From contig JAZRDB010000012.1 of NCBI GenBank assembly GCA_045660045.1, positions 1 to 53,868 of the forward strand: a DNA stretch of 53,868 nucleotides, written 5' to 3'. Below the pieces are notes generated by a model, which had not been told where the DNA came from, searched no databases, and worked only from the letters and a program-made list of their open reading frames with translations. The stretch comes from Alphaproteobacteria bacterium. Its GTDB lineage: Bacteria > Pseudomonadota > Alphaproteobacteria > CAAHEQ01 > UBA3637. The position numbers and the translations under genes were made by a program. Position 1 is the stretch's first letter. Every line of letters starts with the position of its first letter. Shown in pieces: positions 31,628 through 42,641 of this stretch.

Positions 31628-32406
31628 TTAGAATAACAATCTTCTCCGATCTCGCAAGCAATGCATTCCGTCTTGCTATCATTTGGCTTGGTTCCTTGAA
31701 CACACTTGAAACACCATGATACATTATTATCATATGGTGTAATCTTTGAGCGTATATATCCTTCTTGGCACTCGGTACATTTTTGCGTGGTATAATTCAG
31801 CTCATATCCCGCATCACAAATGCAGTCTTCTTCAATAGCAACACATTCATCCCGACGTCCACACCAATATCCCAAAGCGGTCGTGCATGTTGTTGCATTC
31901 AAACATAAATCCAAATGATCCATATCACAAATTGGCTCTTGGCAAGCATCATTAACCCAAGAACCATCTACCATTAAACAATGAGTTTTTGTCTGACATG
32001 CCGTCAAATTATCCATCGCACAACAATCGCTTAGATTCGTTAAACATTTATTGGTTAAAGCACACCAAAAACCTTTCGTTTCCTCACATGAATCAAGATC
32101 TTTACATAATTCTGGATGATTTACACTACACTGTATCTGGTGGCACAAATTTTTCTCCAACGTACGCTCATACCCTTTGTTACAAACACAAAGGCCTCCA
32201 TGATATTGAGCATTCGGATCTTTATCACATTCAACAAAAACTATATTTGGTTTCGTCAACGATGCGTCGCCAATCCGAACGCCTAAAACATCTATTCCTT
32301 TATTGTGTCTATATTTAGCGACAGACCCCATCCCTGCTCCACCACCGAAAGCAAAAGCCACTGTGCTTATCAATATAAAACTGCTAAGCAACAGGGCTTT
32401 CTTCAT
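31624..32406 (-). CDS. secreted cysteine-rich protein, family member 2
   Basis: MKKALLL signal peptide after AAGGAG, AFGG...GIDVLGVRI motif, repeated C...LC....C....G.WC modules. Confidence 0.82.
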   Translation of the reverse strand: MKKALLLSSFILISTVAFAFGGGAGMGSVAKYRHNKGIDVLGVRIGDASLTKPNIVFVECDKDPNAQYHGGLCVCNKGYERTLEKNLCHQIQCSVNHPELCKDLDSCEETKGFWCALTNKCLTNLSDCCAMDNLTACQTKTHCLMVDGSWVNDACQEPICDMDHLDLCLNATTCTTALGYWCGRRDECVAIEEDCICDAGYELNYTTQKCTECQEGYIRSKITPYDNNVSWCFKCVQGTKPNDSKTECIACEIGEDCYSN

Positions 32407-32416
32407 GGGTACTCCT

Positions 32417-33331
32417 TTATTTATTAAAATCTGGCGTCGCGTCCGTGTTATTACCAACAGAACGCACATCAAAATATTGCAACAATGGCATAGCCAAGTA
32501 AATGGAAGAATACGTTCCAAAAATTGTACCCAACACCATTGCAATCGAAAATCCTTTTAATGCTTCACCACCAACAAATAACAACACCAAAACAACAAAC
32601 AATGTTGTTAAGCTTGTTAAAATCGTCCGCGAGAATGTTTCATTCGTACTGCGATTAATCAATTCCTGCACAGAGGCTTTACGGTATTTTTTCAAGTTTT
32701 CGCGCATACGATCATAGCTCACAATTGTATCGTTACAATCATAACCTGCTAACGAAAGCAAACCAGCCACCACAACCATATCAAATTCAATTTGGAACAA
32801 CGAAAAAAAGCCCACTACAATAATCATATCGTGTGCCAATGCCAACAAGCAACCGATGGCAAATGGCCATTCAAAACGGAACCAAATATAAACGGCAATC
32901 GCCAATAAAGCTAAAACAGAAGCTAATAAACTCTTATATTTTAACTCTGCACCAACGGCCGGTCCCACAATTTCCACTTCATTATAAGAATATCCTGTAC
33001 CCAAAGCATCTTTAATCTTTGTCAACAACGCATTTGGATTTTCGCCCTCAGGTTGCGCTTGAATCAAAATACCCTTGCCATCTGTACCAACCGATTGCAA
33101 AGATAAGTCTTTCAAGAAAGATAACTTTTGACGCACAACATCCATTTGAATTTCATTTTCGTTGGATGCTTCAATTTGAACACCACCAACAAAGTCAATT
33201 CCATAATTCAAACCGCGTGTTGCAAAAGAAACCACAGCAACAAGCAACATGATGGCAGACAAAACATAAGCAATCTTGGATTGACCCACAAAATTGATAT
33301 TATATTCACGTTTTTTAAATAACTTACTCAT
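32417..33331 (-). CDS. secF: protein translocase subunit SecF
   Basis: GLNYGIDFVGG, VGPAVGAEL, YIWFRFEW, DRMREN. Confidence 0.96.
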   Translation of the reverse strand: MSKLFKKREYNINFVGQSKIAYVLSAIMLLVAVVSFATRGLNYGIDFVGGVQIEASNENEIQMDVVRQKLSFLKDLSLQSVGTDGKGILIQAQPEGENPNALLTKIKDALGTGYSYNEVEIVGPAVGAELKYKSLLASVLALLAIAVYIWFRFEWPFAIGCLLALAHDMIIVVGFFSLFQIEFDMVVVAGLLSLAGYDCNDTIVSYDRMRENLKKYRKASVQELINRSTNETFSRTILTSLTTLFVVLVLLFVGGEALKGFSIAMVLGTIFGTYSSIYLAMPLLQYFDVRSVGNNTDATPDFNK

Positions 33332-33345
33332 CTTGATATCCTTTC

Positions 33346-34914
33346 TTAAAACTTAATTTCTTTTGGATTTTTAACGTTCATCCATGCCATCAAAATCAAC
33401 TTTGACACACAAATAGCGGCAAACATTGTGCTGGCTAAACCTAATCCCAATGTCACACCAAATCCACGCACTGGACCAGAACCTAACCAGAACAAGAACA
33501 AAGCAGCGAACAATGTTGTCAATTGACCATCCAAAATGGCACTAAATGATCCAGCAAAACCACGATCTAATATATCTTTTGGAACAGTCACTCCATGCAT
33601 TTGTTCTTCCTTCATGCGTTCAAAGATAATAATGTTTGCATCCACGGCCATACCAACCGTCAAAGCGATACCTGCCAAACCTGGCAATGTCAGTGTGGCA
33701 CCCAGCATACTAAGCAATGCCAACAACACAATACCATTGGCAATCAACACCAAATCGGCTACGATACCAAACCAACCATAAACGATAATCATAAAGCCAA
33801 ATACAAGGGCCAAACCAATCCAGCATGCTGTTGTACCAGCTTTGATGGAATCTTCACCCAATCCAGCACCCACAACACGTTCTTCCACAACCAACAATGG
33901 TGCAGGCAATGCACCAGAACGCAGTAACAAAGCCAAATCGTTAGCTGATTGAACCGTAAAGTTTCCTGTAATAATGCCTTTGCCACCTGTAATAGGGCTG
34001 TTAATTGTTGGGGCGCTAATGACTTTGCCATCCAAAACAATCGCCAACCGACGGCCAACGTTATCACGTGTAGCATTGCCAAACTTCTTGGCACCAGCAC
34101 TCTTGAAACTGAACGACACAGCTGGGCGACCATTTTCATCATACGTACCACGAGAATCTTCCAAACTTTCACCACCCACAACAACAGCGCGTTTTAAAAC
34201 GATATATCCTGTGTCTTCTCCAGTCATCAACATGGAGTCAGCGGAAATTCTGCCCATCTGAGCCATTTGAGGTGTTGTTTCTTCGTCCACCAAATGGAAT
34301 GTCATTTTGGCAGTCTTGCCCATCAACGCCTTAATTTCGGCTGGATCTTGTACACCAGGCAATTGAATCACAATACGATCATCCCCTTGTTGTTGAATCA
34401 AAGGCTCTTTTGTACCCAATTCATCAATACGTTTACGCACAATTTCCAAAGATTGTTGCACCGCTTGATTCTTTAACGCACTCAAAGCATCATCCGTATA
34501 TTTCACCGTCAATGTTGACCCTTCTGCGGAAATATCCAAACCAACACTTTCTTGCTTACGGATAATTTCGCGCGCATCGTTTAATTGTGCTGCATTCAAC
34601 ACTTTCACGGTCATCGCTTCATTGTCAGCTTTCAAGCCAGAAAACTTCACCTTTCCTTCGCGCAAAGCAGAACGCGTTAAATCGGCCAAACTTTCCAATT
34701 TTTCATGGACCAATGTTTTGGTATCCACTTCCATCACCAAATAAGATCCGCCCTGCAAATCAAGGCCCAATGTCACAGGCTTCCACCAAGACTTTACGGA
34801 TGATGGCACTTGATTGTACATGTCCTTTGGCAAAAAATTCGGCAATGCAAAAAACAGGCCAATCGCCAACACTGCTCCAATAATCGTAACTTTAATCTTT
34901 GAATATCCAAACAT
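33346..34914 (-). CDS. secD: protein translocase subunit SecD
   Basis: LGLDLQGG, LRSGALPAPL, GMAVDANIIIFER. Confidence 0.97.
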   Translation of the reverse strand: MFGYSKIKVTIIGAVLAIGLFFALPNFLPKDMYNQVPSSVKSWWKPVTLGLDLQGGSYLVMEVDTKTLVHEKLESLADLTRSALREGKVKFSGLKADNEAMTVKVLNAAQLNDAREIIRKQESVGLDISAEGSTLTVKYTDDALSALKNQAVQQSLEIVRKRIDELGTKEPLIQQQGDDRIVIQLPGVQDPAEIKALMGKTAKMTFHLVDEETTPQMAQMGRISADSMLMTGEDTGYIVLKRAVVVGGESLEDSRGTYDENGRPAVSFSFKSAGAKKFGNATRDNVGRRLAIVLDGKVISAPTINSPITGGKGIITGNFTVQSANDLALLLRSGALPAPLLVVEERVVGAGLGEDSIKAGTTACWIGLALVFGFMIIVYGWFGIVADLVLIANGIVLLALLSMLGATLTLPGLAGIALTVGMAVDANIIIFERMKEEQMHGVTVPKDILDRGFAGSFSAILDGQLTTLFAALFLFWLGSGPVRGFGVTLGLGLASTMFAAICVSKLILMAWMNVKNPKEIKF

Positions 34915-35261
34915 TATTTTTTATCCTTTCCAAGCAATTCATCTTCATTAAACAAAACTTGTGTCACATACGGACGCAAGACCTTAATCTCAACTCCATC
35001 AGCGACCTCAACGGTCAATTCCAATGGCTCAACCTTCACGACTTTCCCAATAATACCACCAACATTAACACGCACGCCCTTCACAATGGCATTCAATTCT
35101 GCTTCGTGTTTCTTATAGCGCTTTTGTTGGGGACGAATTAAAATAAAATAGCAAATCAGGACAATCAGCACAAATTGAATAGCCATGCTGGATAAAGCCC
35201 CAGCATTTGGTGTAGCGGCCATATTTTCTGCTGTTTGAGCCCATGCAGATGAAATAAACAT
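34914..35261 (-). CDS. yajC: preprotein translocase subunit YajC
   Basis: YFILIRPQQKR...GGIIGKV; upstream of secD. Confidence 0.93.
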   Translation of the reverse strand: MFISSAWAQTAENMAATPNAGALSSMAIQFVLIVLICYFILIRPQQKRYKKHEAELNAIVKGVRVNVGGIIGKVVKVEPLELTVEVADGVEIKVLRPYVTQVLFNEDELLGKDKK

Positions 35262-35382
35262 AAAGACTCCTTTTGTTATAATCAAACACTATAGCCATTT
35301 TTGCAAAAAATGCAAGGATTTTTTCTTTCTCTTGACAAAAAGATGGAAAAAATGTACTCTGTCACAAACAAAAGGAGTTTTC

Positions 35383-35838
35383 ATGCGTTTAATTGTGGAA
35401 TATTTGGAAAATTATCTGGCTGATTGGCCTCGTTTAGCTTATGCACACCCAGATGATGCAGGTTTTGATCTGCGTGCCGCCATTGCCGAACCAATGACAT
35501 TGCATCCCGGCGAAAAAGCTGTTGTACCAAATGGTGTAAAGGTTCAAATTGAAAGTGATACAAACTTATGGGAAATTCAAACTCGCCCGCGTTCTGGTTT
35601 GGCGGCAAAATTTGGCATTTCCATTGTCAACGCTCCTGGTACGATTGATTACGGTTATCGTGGCGAATTAAAAACAATTTTAATCAATTTAGGCAAGGAA
35701 GATTTTGTCATTCAGCCCGGTGATCGCATTGCTCAAGCAGTTGTTTGTCCCATCGCCCGTCCTGAAATTATTTCTGGCACAGTAACAGATGATACAGCTC
35801 GCAGCACAGGTGGCTTTGGTTCCACAGGAGGAAAATAA
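35383..35838 (+). CDS. dut: dUTPase
   Basis: AGFDLRA, RPRSGLA, GTIDYGYRGE, GGFGSTG. Confidence 0.96.
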   Translation: MRLIVEYLENYLADWPRLAYAHPDDAGFDLRAAIAEPMTLHPGEKAVVPNGVKVQIESDTNLWEIQTRPRSGLAAKFGISIVNAPGTIDYGYRGELKTILINLGKEDFVIQPGDRIAQAVVCPIARPEIISGTVTDDTARSTGGFGSTGGK

Positions 35839-36869
35839 TGAAAAAAATAAAAATAAATTATTGTGATTTTTTACAACCAATGCATCCAGAGAATCATTAT
35901 TTTACGCGTCTCTTACGAACGAAATATGATGTCGAAATTTCCAATGAGCCAGACTATATTTTCTATACTGTCTTTGGCAACAAACACCACGCTTTTGATG
36001 GCATTCGAATTTTTTGGACAGGCGAACAAATGTGTCCTAATTTTAACGTCTGCGATTACGCTTTTGGGCACAGCTATTTAACCTTTGAGGATCGATATAT
36101 GCGTTTTCCCTTGTGGGCCATGGGAAAAGACAATATTGCTAAATCTTTGCGTCGCACAGAAGGAATGACCGACAAACAATTATTAGACAGAAAATTTTGT
36201 TGCGCTGTATTAGGCAATGGCACACAAACTGATGGTGCTCGCCCAAGAATGTTAAAACTTTTGGAACAATATAAAACTGTCGATTATGGTGGCAAGTACC
36301 ATAATACTGTTGGACACATTTATCCTCCATCTGAAAAAGTTGATTTTCAACGCGGCTATAAATTTTCCATTGCCTTTGAAAACACTTATTGTTCGGGCTA
36401 TACGATGGAAAAGTTAGTTGATTCTTTTGCTTCACAACATATTCCTTTGTATTACGGCAATCCACGCGTTGCGGAAGAATTTAATCCAAAAGCCTTTATC
36501 AATGCCCATGATTTTGGGTCATTAGAAGAAATGATGGAATTTGTGAAAAAAGTGGATCAAGATGATGATTTATATTTAAAAATGATGCACGAACCCGTGT
36601 TTCAACCAGGTGCATTAGAGGCTGTTTCTGATGAAAAAGTTTTGGCTTTTTTAAGTCATATTTTCGATCAACCTTATGAGCAGGCGCGCCGTCGTTTCTA
36701 TTCCAAGCCTTATACAGACACGGATATTTATCGTCTTAAACAACGGGATGTTAACGACATTTTGAAGGCGTATTTACAACGCAAGGTCGAAAAGATACTC
36801 CCCGTTAAAAAGAAAACGAAAAAGGAATTTATCTTTCGTTCAACCCCCAAAAAATCTGGAGACAAATAA
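35838..36869 (+). CDS. GT10 alpha-1,3/4-fucosyltransferase-like protein
   Basis: FWTGE..PNFNVCDYA, YKFSIAFEN...GYTMEKL..SF...IPLYYG. Confidence 0.88.
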   Translation: MKKIKINYCDFLQPMHPENHYFTRLLRTKYDVEISNEPDYIFYTVFGNKHHAFDGIRIFWTGEQMCPNFNVCDYAFGHSYLTFEDRYMRFPLWAMGKDNIAKSLRRTEGMTDKQLLDRKFCCAVLGNGTQTDGARPRMLKLLEQYKTVDYGGKYHNTVGHIYPPSEKVDFQRGYKFSIAFENTYCSGYTMEKLVDSFASQHIPLYYGNPRVAEEFNPKAFINAHDFGSLEEMMEFVKKVDQDDDLYLKMMHEPVFQPGALEAVSDEKVLAFLSHIFDQPYEQARRRFYSKPYTDTDIYRLKQRDVNDILKAYLQRKVEKILPVKKKTKKEFIFRSTPKKSGDK

Positions 36870-38543
36870 ATGCCCGCTTATCAGTATATCTATGTGATGA
36901 AAGATTTATGTAAAACTTTTCCTGGTGGCAAGGAAGTTTTAAAGCATATTTGGCTTTCATTTTTCCCCGGAGCTAAAATTGGCGTGATTGGCCCCAACGG
37001 TGCTGGTAAATCAACTTTAATGAAAATTATGGCTGGGCTGGATGATAATTTCACGGGCGAAGCATGGCCTGCAGAAGGTGTCAAAGTCGGCTACCTGCCT
37101 CAAGAACCACAGCTGGATCCCAATAAAAATGTGATGGAAAACGTGATGGATGGCGTGGGCGAAATCCGCGACCTGATGAAACGTTGGGAAGAAATAAATA
37201 ATGCTTTTGCAGATCCTGATGCCGATATGGACAAATTGTTGGCCGAGCAAGCGGAATTACAGGAAAAAATTGATGCTTGTAATGGCTGGGAATTTGAACG
37301 CAATGTGGAAATTGCGATGGATGCGTTGCGTTGCCCCCCAGGTGATTGGGATGTCACCAAACTATCCGGCGGTGAAAAACGCCGTGTGGCTTTATGCCGC
37401 CTACTTTTATCCAAACCAGATATGTTGCTGTTAGACGAGCCAACAAACCATTTGGATGCCGAATCTGTGGCTTGGTTACAAATCTATTTGAAAAATTTTC
37501 CAAATACTGTTGTGATGATTACGCACGATCGTTATTTCTTGGATAATGTGACGGGCTGGATTTTGGAAATGGATCGTGGCGAAGGAATTCCTTATGAAGG
37601 GAATTACACAAGCTGGCTGGAAGCAAAGTCAAAGCGTTTAGAGATTGAACAAAATGCCGAAGATAAGCGTCAAAAAACTTTGAAAGAAGAACTGGAATGG
37701 GTCCATGCTAACCCCAAAGCCCGTCAGGCAAAATCAAAAGCACGTATCACGGCGTATGAAGAATTATTGAAAAAATCAAACGAAAAAGTGCCAGACGTTG
37801 CACAAATTGTGATTCCCCCTGGCCCGCGCTTGGGCGATTTAGTGTTGAAAGCCGAGAACTTGAAAAAAGCCTTTGGCGATAAACTGTTGTTTGAGAATCT
37901 AAGTTTCAACCTGCCCGCCGGTGGTATCGTGGGTGTGATTGGACCAAACGGTGCAGGGAAAACAACTTTAATGCGCATTATTACTGGACAAGAAAAACCA
38001 GACGAAGGTACTTTCCGAATTGGTGAAACTGTCAAGCTTGGTTACGTGGATCAAAGCCGTGATGCCTTGAATGATGATAACACCGTGTGGCAAGAAATTT
38101 CTGGCGGTAACGACACCCTGCTCCTTGGTAAGCGAGAAGTTCCAAGTCGCGCCTATGTCGCTCAATTCAATTTTAAAGGTGGCGATCAACAAAAGAAAGT
38201 CGGGCAACTCTCGGGTGGCGAACGCAACCGCGTCCATATGGCCAAGATGCTAAAATCTGGTGCGAATGTATTGCTATTGGACGAGCCAACAAACGATTTA
38301 GATGTGGATACCCTGCGTGCGCTGGAAGAAGCATTGATGGACTTTCCGGGCTGCGCCGTAATCACTAGCCACGACCGTTGGTTCTTAGATCGTTTGGCCA
38401 CACATATTTTGGCCTTTGAAGGCGACAGCCAAGTCGTGTGGTTTGAAGGCAACTATGCGGAATATGAAGCTGATCGTAAACGTCGTCTAGGCATTGACGC
38501 CGACCAACCTCACCGCATCAAATATAAACCGATTGAAAGATAA
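36870..38543 (+). CDS. ettA: ABC-F translational throttle EttA
   Basis: Two ABC domains, [12 protein letters not shown]-terminal PHRIKYK. Confidence 0.96.
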   Translation: MPAYQYIYVMKDLCKTFPGGKEVLKHIWLSFFPGAKIGVIGPNGAGKSTLMKIMAGLDDNFTGEAWPAEGVKVGYLPQEPQLDPNKNVMENVMDGVGEIRDLMKRWEEINNAFADPDADMDKLLAEQAELQEKIDACNGWEFERNVEIAMDALRCPPGDWDVTKLSGGEKRRVALCRLLLSKPDMLLLDEPTNHLDAESVAWLQIYLKNFPNTVVMITHDRYFLDNVTGWILEMDRGEGIPYEGNYTSWLEAKSKRLEIEQNAEDKRQKTLKEELEWVHANPKARQAKSKARITAYEELLKKSNEKVPDVAQIVIPPGPRLGDLVLKAENLKKAFGDKLLFENLSFNLPAGGIVGVIGPNGAGKTTLMRIITGQEKPDEGTFRIGETVKLGYVDQSRDALNDDNTVWQEISGGNDTLLLGKREVPSRAYVAQFNFKGGDQQKKVGQLSGGERNRVHMAKMLKSGANVLLLDEPTNDLDVDTLRALEEALMDFPGCAVITSHDRWFLDRLATHILAFEGDSQVVWFEGNYAEYEADRKRRLGIDADQPHRIKYKPIER

Positions 38544-38840
38544 TTATTTTTCCAAATTTTCGCGAGTTTCTTCGGCACCTTCCAAATATTCATCTTCATC
38601 ATAGGGGGCCAGCACCTTTAACAACTCGCGCAATTCGCCCACATGTTGCTTTTCCTCTCTGGCAATATCCAACAACACACGTGAAGCCCCCATATTATCC
38701 GTTGCGGAGGCAATTTGCTGATAAATTTGAATCGCCTCAAATTCCGATACAATGGCAAACTTGATTGCCCGCAATAATTCTTCGTCATTTAATTTTTTTG
38801 TTGGAGTATAGACATGATTGATACTTGCTAATTCCGACAT
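38544..38840 (-). CDS. small ferritin-like (rubrerythrin/EncFtn-like) protein
   Basis: SEFEAIQIY...DIAREEKQHVGEL di-iron motifs; AGGAGG SD. Confidence 0.8.
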   Translation of the reverse strand: MSELASINHVYTPTKKLNDEELLRAIKFAIVSEFEAIQIYQQIASATDNMGASRVLLDIAREEKQHVGELRELLKVLAPYDEDEYLEGAEETRENLEK

Positions 38841-38884
38841 AGTTCCTCCTTTTGTTTGTCCTATATCAGATAGTGCAAACGCAC

Positions 38885-38917
38885 AAAAAAACACCCCCAA
38901 CTTGAGGAGGTGTTTTG
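38885..38917 (-). terminator. terminator after rpsD
   Basis: AAAACACC...GGTGTTTT inverted repeat with a U tail on the minus strand. Confidence 0.6.
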
Positions 38918-38930
38918 AACTTTGTCCCGA

Positions 38931-39560
38931 TTACCGAGAGTAGAATTCGATAACCAGATTTGGTTCCATTGGAGCCGCATAAGGAATATCGGACAATTGT
39001 GGAATTCGCACAAATGTTCCCTTCATTTCCTTTTCGTCCACGGACAAGTAATCTGGCACATTGCGATCTTGAGCGGCCAAAGCTTCAATGACAACAGCCA
39101 TTTCTTTTGCCTTAGAACGCACAGCAATTTCATCACCCACTTTGCACAAGTAGGATGGAATGTTCACGCGCTTACCATTCACTGTCACATGACCGTGGCT
39201 GACGAATTGACGTGCCGCGAACACAGAGTTCACGAACTTCATTCTGTACACCAACGAATCCAAGCGGCACTCCAAAATACCAACTAAGTTTTCGGAACTG
39301 TCGCCTTTACGACGAATAGCTTCTGCATAGTATTTGCGAAGTTGTTTTTCGGACAAGTTACCATAAATTGCCTTTAATTTTTGTTTTGCATTTAACTGCA
39401 AACCATAATCAGTGGGCTTTTTACGTTCGGCACCATGTTGACCTGGGCCATAATTTCTTGTGTTCACTGGGGACTTCGCTTTACCCCACAAGTTCACGCC
39501 AAAACGACGATCTTTGCCGAATTTACGTGGGAGTCTTTTAGACTTTGAATTTGTAGCCAT
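38931..39560 (-). CDS. rpsD: 30S ribosomal protein S4
   Basis: [40 protein letters not shown]. Confidence 0.98.
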   Translation of the reverse strand: MATNSKSKRLPRKFGKDRRFGVNLWGKAKSPVNTRNYGPGQHGAERKKPTDYGLQLNAKQKLKAIYGNLSEKQLRKYYAEAIRRKGDSSENLVGILECRLDSLVYRMKFVNSVFAARQFVSHGHVTVNGKRVNIPSYLCKVGDEIAVRSKAKEMAVVIEALAAQDRNVPDYLSVDEKEMKGTFVRIPQLSDIPYAAPMEPNLVIEFYSR

Positions 39561-39717
39561 ATCTTTTCCTTTTGTTGTTTTTGGTTACACCCCGATAGTC
39601 TTTATCCGATAGGCCGATAAAGCGTGACAAGTTGGTTTATTCCAAAATGTCCACATTCTCGGGAAACGGAATGATTATACACGATTTTAAAATAAATATC
39701 AAGAGTTTTTTTCAAAA

Positions 39718-39750
39718 TAAAACACCCCGCTTGTTAAAAGCGGGGCATTT
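39718..39750 (-). terminator. terminator after the 911 aa orphan
   Basis: CCCCGCTT...AAGCGGGG inverted repeat. Confidence 0.65.
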
Positions 39751-39766
39751 CTTTCGTTAGCGATTC

Positions 39767-42502
39767 TTACCGACCGTCAACGCGACCAGTTCCCCAACCG
39801 GGGAGATCTTTTCGATCGGCAACCTCAACCGCCTTGCCGTTTTTATCAACCGCAAGATGACCATGTCTGTCAACAACTTCAACGGTCTGACCTGTTTCTT
39901 TGACAACGGCCAAATTCGCGTTACCTGGAGCTTTCTTTCTAAAATCAGCAAGCTGATCTTGTATCTCTGGATTCGCAGTTGCCAACTTTCTATAACCATC
40001 GGTATCTGCTGTCACAACGACAACCGCGCCTTTCGGCAACTTGAGGAAATTTGTATTATTCATTTCACTACCAAATAAAGCATTTGACCAGTGTCTTACT
40101 TGATCAGGGCTGCTAATACCTACATATGTCACACCACCAGCAGGTCCCACAAGTCCGATACGACCATGCGGCCCATTTTTGGCAAACACATGAGGCTCAA
40201 GAACTTTATCAGTACCATATCCTGGGGTAACCAATGTCAAACCAGAGGTCAAATCTGCAATGGTCATCTTAAGATTATCAGCTGTTCCATTTTGATTGCC
40301 TCGTGTTGCCGCCAAATCCCCAGCACGAACTGTAACAAAGAGCTCACCTCTTACCTTTCGACGACCGGTTGAACCACCTCTACCACCATAAGAGGGCTCA
40401 CGAGTCAACGTTGGCACACGAAGCACCACTGGTGTGTCTGGTGTAATATTCGTATATGTATGACCATTTACTTGCAGCGAGTTAATTGTCCATGCGGGCG
40501 GAGCGGGTTCAATCTCATCCAGCTCATAAATAGGAACCGACGGGGCAGGATTCGCTGACACAACTTTAACAATAGGATCTTTTGGTTTGGGATCTGGACG
40601 CACTGGACCATTGTTATCTTTTATGCCACCAAAGCGCAGCATCAAGATAGATGTAAGTACCGCAAAAGCGCCACCAATCCAACCAAAATTGCGTTGGAAC
40701 CAGTTTGGCGTTTTACCGTCCTTACCGTCTTTTCCGTCCTTACCATCTTTACCTTTAATTTCTTTGATTGTTTCTCGCTCAATCACATCCGGTTTTGTTT
40801 GGCCATCACCACCATTAGGAATCACAGTTCTTGTCTCTCCACCAGCAACGCCAGATTCACCATTCTCAGGCAAATCGACATTGAGATTACGAATACCGGC
40901 CAAGGCCGCATCTTCGGCCCTTGGAATAATATTCACTGTTGAATCTTGTTTATCTTGGCGTTTTCGGCCTCCAGCACGAGGATCCTTTCGCGAATCTTTA
41001 TCTTCAAGTGGTGACAAAATCAATTTTTCAACTTTATAATGATCTGGATTTTTCCACATCCTAGTAATTTGTGCCAATTCACGAGGGCTCATATATGTCA
41101 CTTTAGCAAGATGACCATTATTATCACGATCAATACGGCCATGAATTGTTGGATCTTTTGTGGCTTTCTTTAATCTTTCACGCAAACTGTCGCGGTTGAC
41201 ACCTTTACGACACTTTTCTTTGGCCTGCTTGTTCGTGAACTTACCATATCCAGCTTCTGTCCACATATCAATCGGCAATCTTTCCTTAATCATATTGCCA
41301 TTGGCATCGAACTCCTCGATATGTGTAAAGGCCTTGCCAAAGCGTGCTTGCCCCACCGTACCTTCATCCTCTAATTCACTAGCATGATATTCTGTGACAA
41401 TACGTCTGAATCCCTTTGCAGTTTTGACAGTCTCAAATTTTGTCACAATCATATCAGAATCTCTTCCACGTGACTTAATTTTCTTAAAGGCATAAGTTGT
41501 CCCTTCCTTAATTTCTTTCTTAGTTTTCTCTGCTCTTGCGGCGTTTTCAACTGCAACTTTTGCCTCTGCCCATTCGCGATCCAATATTTGTTTATATTCT
41601 GCCGTCTGTGCACGTGTTAAATTATCAGCCCGACAAATGTTGTGTTTGCTATCTAGAGCAAGTGCTGCGCCATACTTGGCTCGTTCTTGCTTAGAAGGCA
41701 CAACCACCGTCCATACACCACCCTCTTTAACTTCATCATGTGTGCAGCGATTGGCAATCTTTGAATTAGGCTTAAACCATATTTCTTCAATGGTGCGTCT
41801 GTTTCCATTTGTCACAATACGTCTCAACCATTTCTTACCTGGAAAATCAACTTCATAAGCTTCCAAGGCAGGTGCTTTTGGAGGAGACACTCTTTTCTTT
41901 TGGCCGTTTCCTCCCTTACCTTTACCAGAAACGCCCCCATGCACAGTCCTCTCCTTATTTATAACGTTTTGTCTGGATGAAGGCTTTCTTGTGCGTGTCA
42001 CAGTTCCCTTGTTGGCAAGAGCTTCTGTCAATTTTGATTTTGTCGACTTACCCACCGTTTTATTTGCTGGCACTGTACCACGTCCTACTACTGGCTTTTG
42101 AGCTGACTTTTTGGAGCGTTTTGGATTGTGAATAAAATCTTTGCGTCCCAATTTTTTAATCAGCTTTTGCTTTAACGCGCGAATTTCTTTTTCAGACAAT
42201 TTCTCCCGTTTTTTTGACGCACCCATGATGGATAAATCACCATCTCTCATCACATAGCCAGAGTACACATAAATGGTTTCTGTCGCCTTCTTGCCATTTC
42301 TTGTTTTATAGACCAGTGTCACACGTTGACGTTCCTCATCAAAAGTTGCCTTTGCAACCTTTGCATTATCCCAATCAAAAATGATGGAACCATTCTTTGC
42401 AATACCCAATCCTGTTTTCTTGGGTTCCAATTTCACCGCAGGCTTTGGAGCCGGCTTTAAAGTCTGCTTATTAGACGCCTGATTTTTCTTAGTTTTAACC
42501 AT
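39767..42502 (-). CDS. large basic orphan protein with one internal TM and a (GKD)n repeat
   Basis: 911 aa ORF, AGGAGG SD, Lys/Arg-rich N-terminal two thirds, TM FGWIGGAFAVLTSILML. Confidence 0.8.
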   Translation of the reverse strand: MVKTKKNQASNKQTLKPAPKPAVKLEPKKTGLGIAKNGSIIFDWDNAKVAKATFDEERQRVTLVYKTRNGKKATETIYVYSGYVMRDGDLSIMGASKKREKLSEKEIRALKQKLIKKLGRKDFIHNPKRSKKSAQKPVVGRGTVPANKTVGKSTKSKLTEALANKGTVTRTRKPSSRQNVINKERTVHGGVSGKGKGGNGQKKRVSPPKAPALEAYEVDFPGKKWLRRIVTNGNRRTIEEIWFKPNSKIANRCTHDEVKEGGVWTVVVPSKQERAKYGAALALDSKHNICRADNLTRAQTAEYKQILDREWAEAKVAVENAARAEKTKKEIKEGTTYAFKKIKSRGRDSDMIVTKFETVKTAKGFRRIVTEYHASELEDEGTVGQARFGKAFTHIEEFDANGNMIKERLPIDMWTEAGYGKFTNKQAKEKCRKGVNRDSLRERLKKATKDPTIHGRIDRDNNGHLAKVTYMSPRELAQITRMWKNPDHYKVEKLILSPLEDKDSRKDPRAGGRKRQDKQDSTVNIIPRAEDAALAGIRNLNVDLPENGESGVAGGETRTVIPNGGDGQTKPDVIERETIKEIKGKDGKDGKDGKDGKTPNWFQRNFGWIGGAFAVLTSILMLRFGGIKDNNGPVRPDPKPKDPIVKVVSANPAPSVPIYELDEIEPAPPAWTINSLQVNGHTYTNITPDTPVVLRVPTLTREPSYGGRGGSTGRRKVRGELFVTVRAGDLAATRGNQNGTADNLKMTIADLTSGLTLVTPGYGTDKVLEPHVFAKNGPHGRIGLVGPAGGVTYVGISSPDQVRHWSNALFGSEMNNTNFLKLPKGAVVVVTADTDGYRKLATANPEIQDQLADFRKKAPGNANLAVVKETGQTVEVVDRHGHLAVDKNGKAVEVADRKDLPGWGTGRVDGR
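40712..40753 (-). repeat. 9-bp coding repeat, (GKD)4GK collagen-like
   Basis: GGT/GGA-AAA/AAG-GAT/GAC units. Confidence 0.8.
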
Positions 42503-42563
42503 CTTATCCTCCTGTTTATTTATTGTTAAACTCGTTGTTTTAGTACTTTGCGAAACTTGCTTT

Positions 42564-42641
42564 TCACAATCGTTCTTCGGTTGTTGTAAATTTCATCGGT
42601 TTGATATCCAAACGCTTTGCTATTTGCACTAAGGTTTCCAT
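42564..42641 (-). CDS. 25 aa small ORF upstream of the 911 aa orphan
   Basis: GAGGAG SD; METLVQIAKRLDIKPMKFTTTEERL. Confidence 0.4.
   Translation of the reverse strand: METLVQIAKRLDIKPMKFTTTEERL

Noticed and set aside
38544..38840. Encapsulin system
   Set aside because: The ferritin-like gene has no adjacent shell gene and no evident targeting peptide.
39561..39680. Structured rpsD leader RNA
   Set aside because: Plausible from its position, but I could not support a specific fold by eye.
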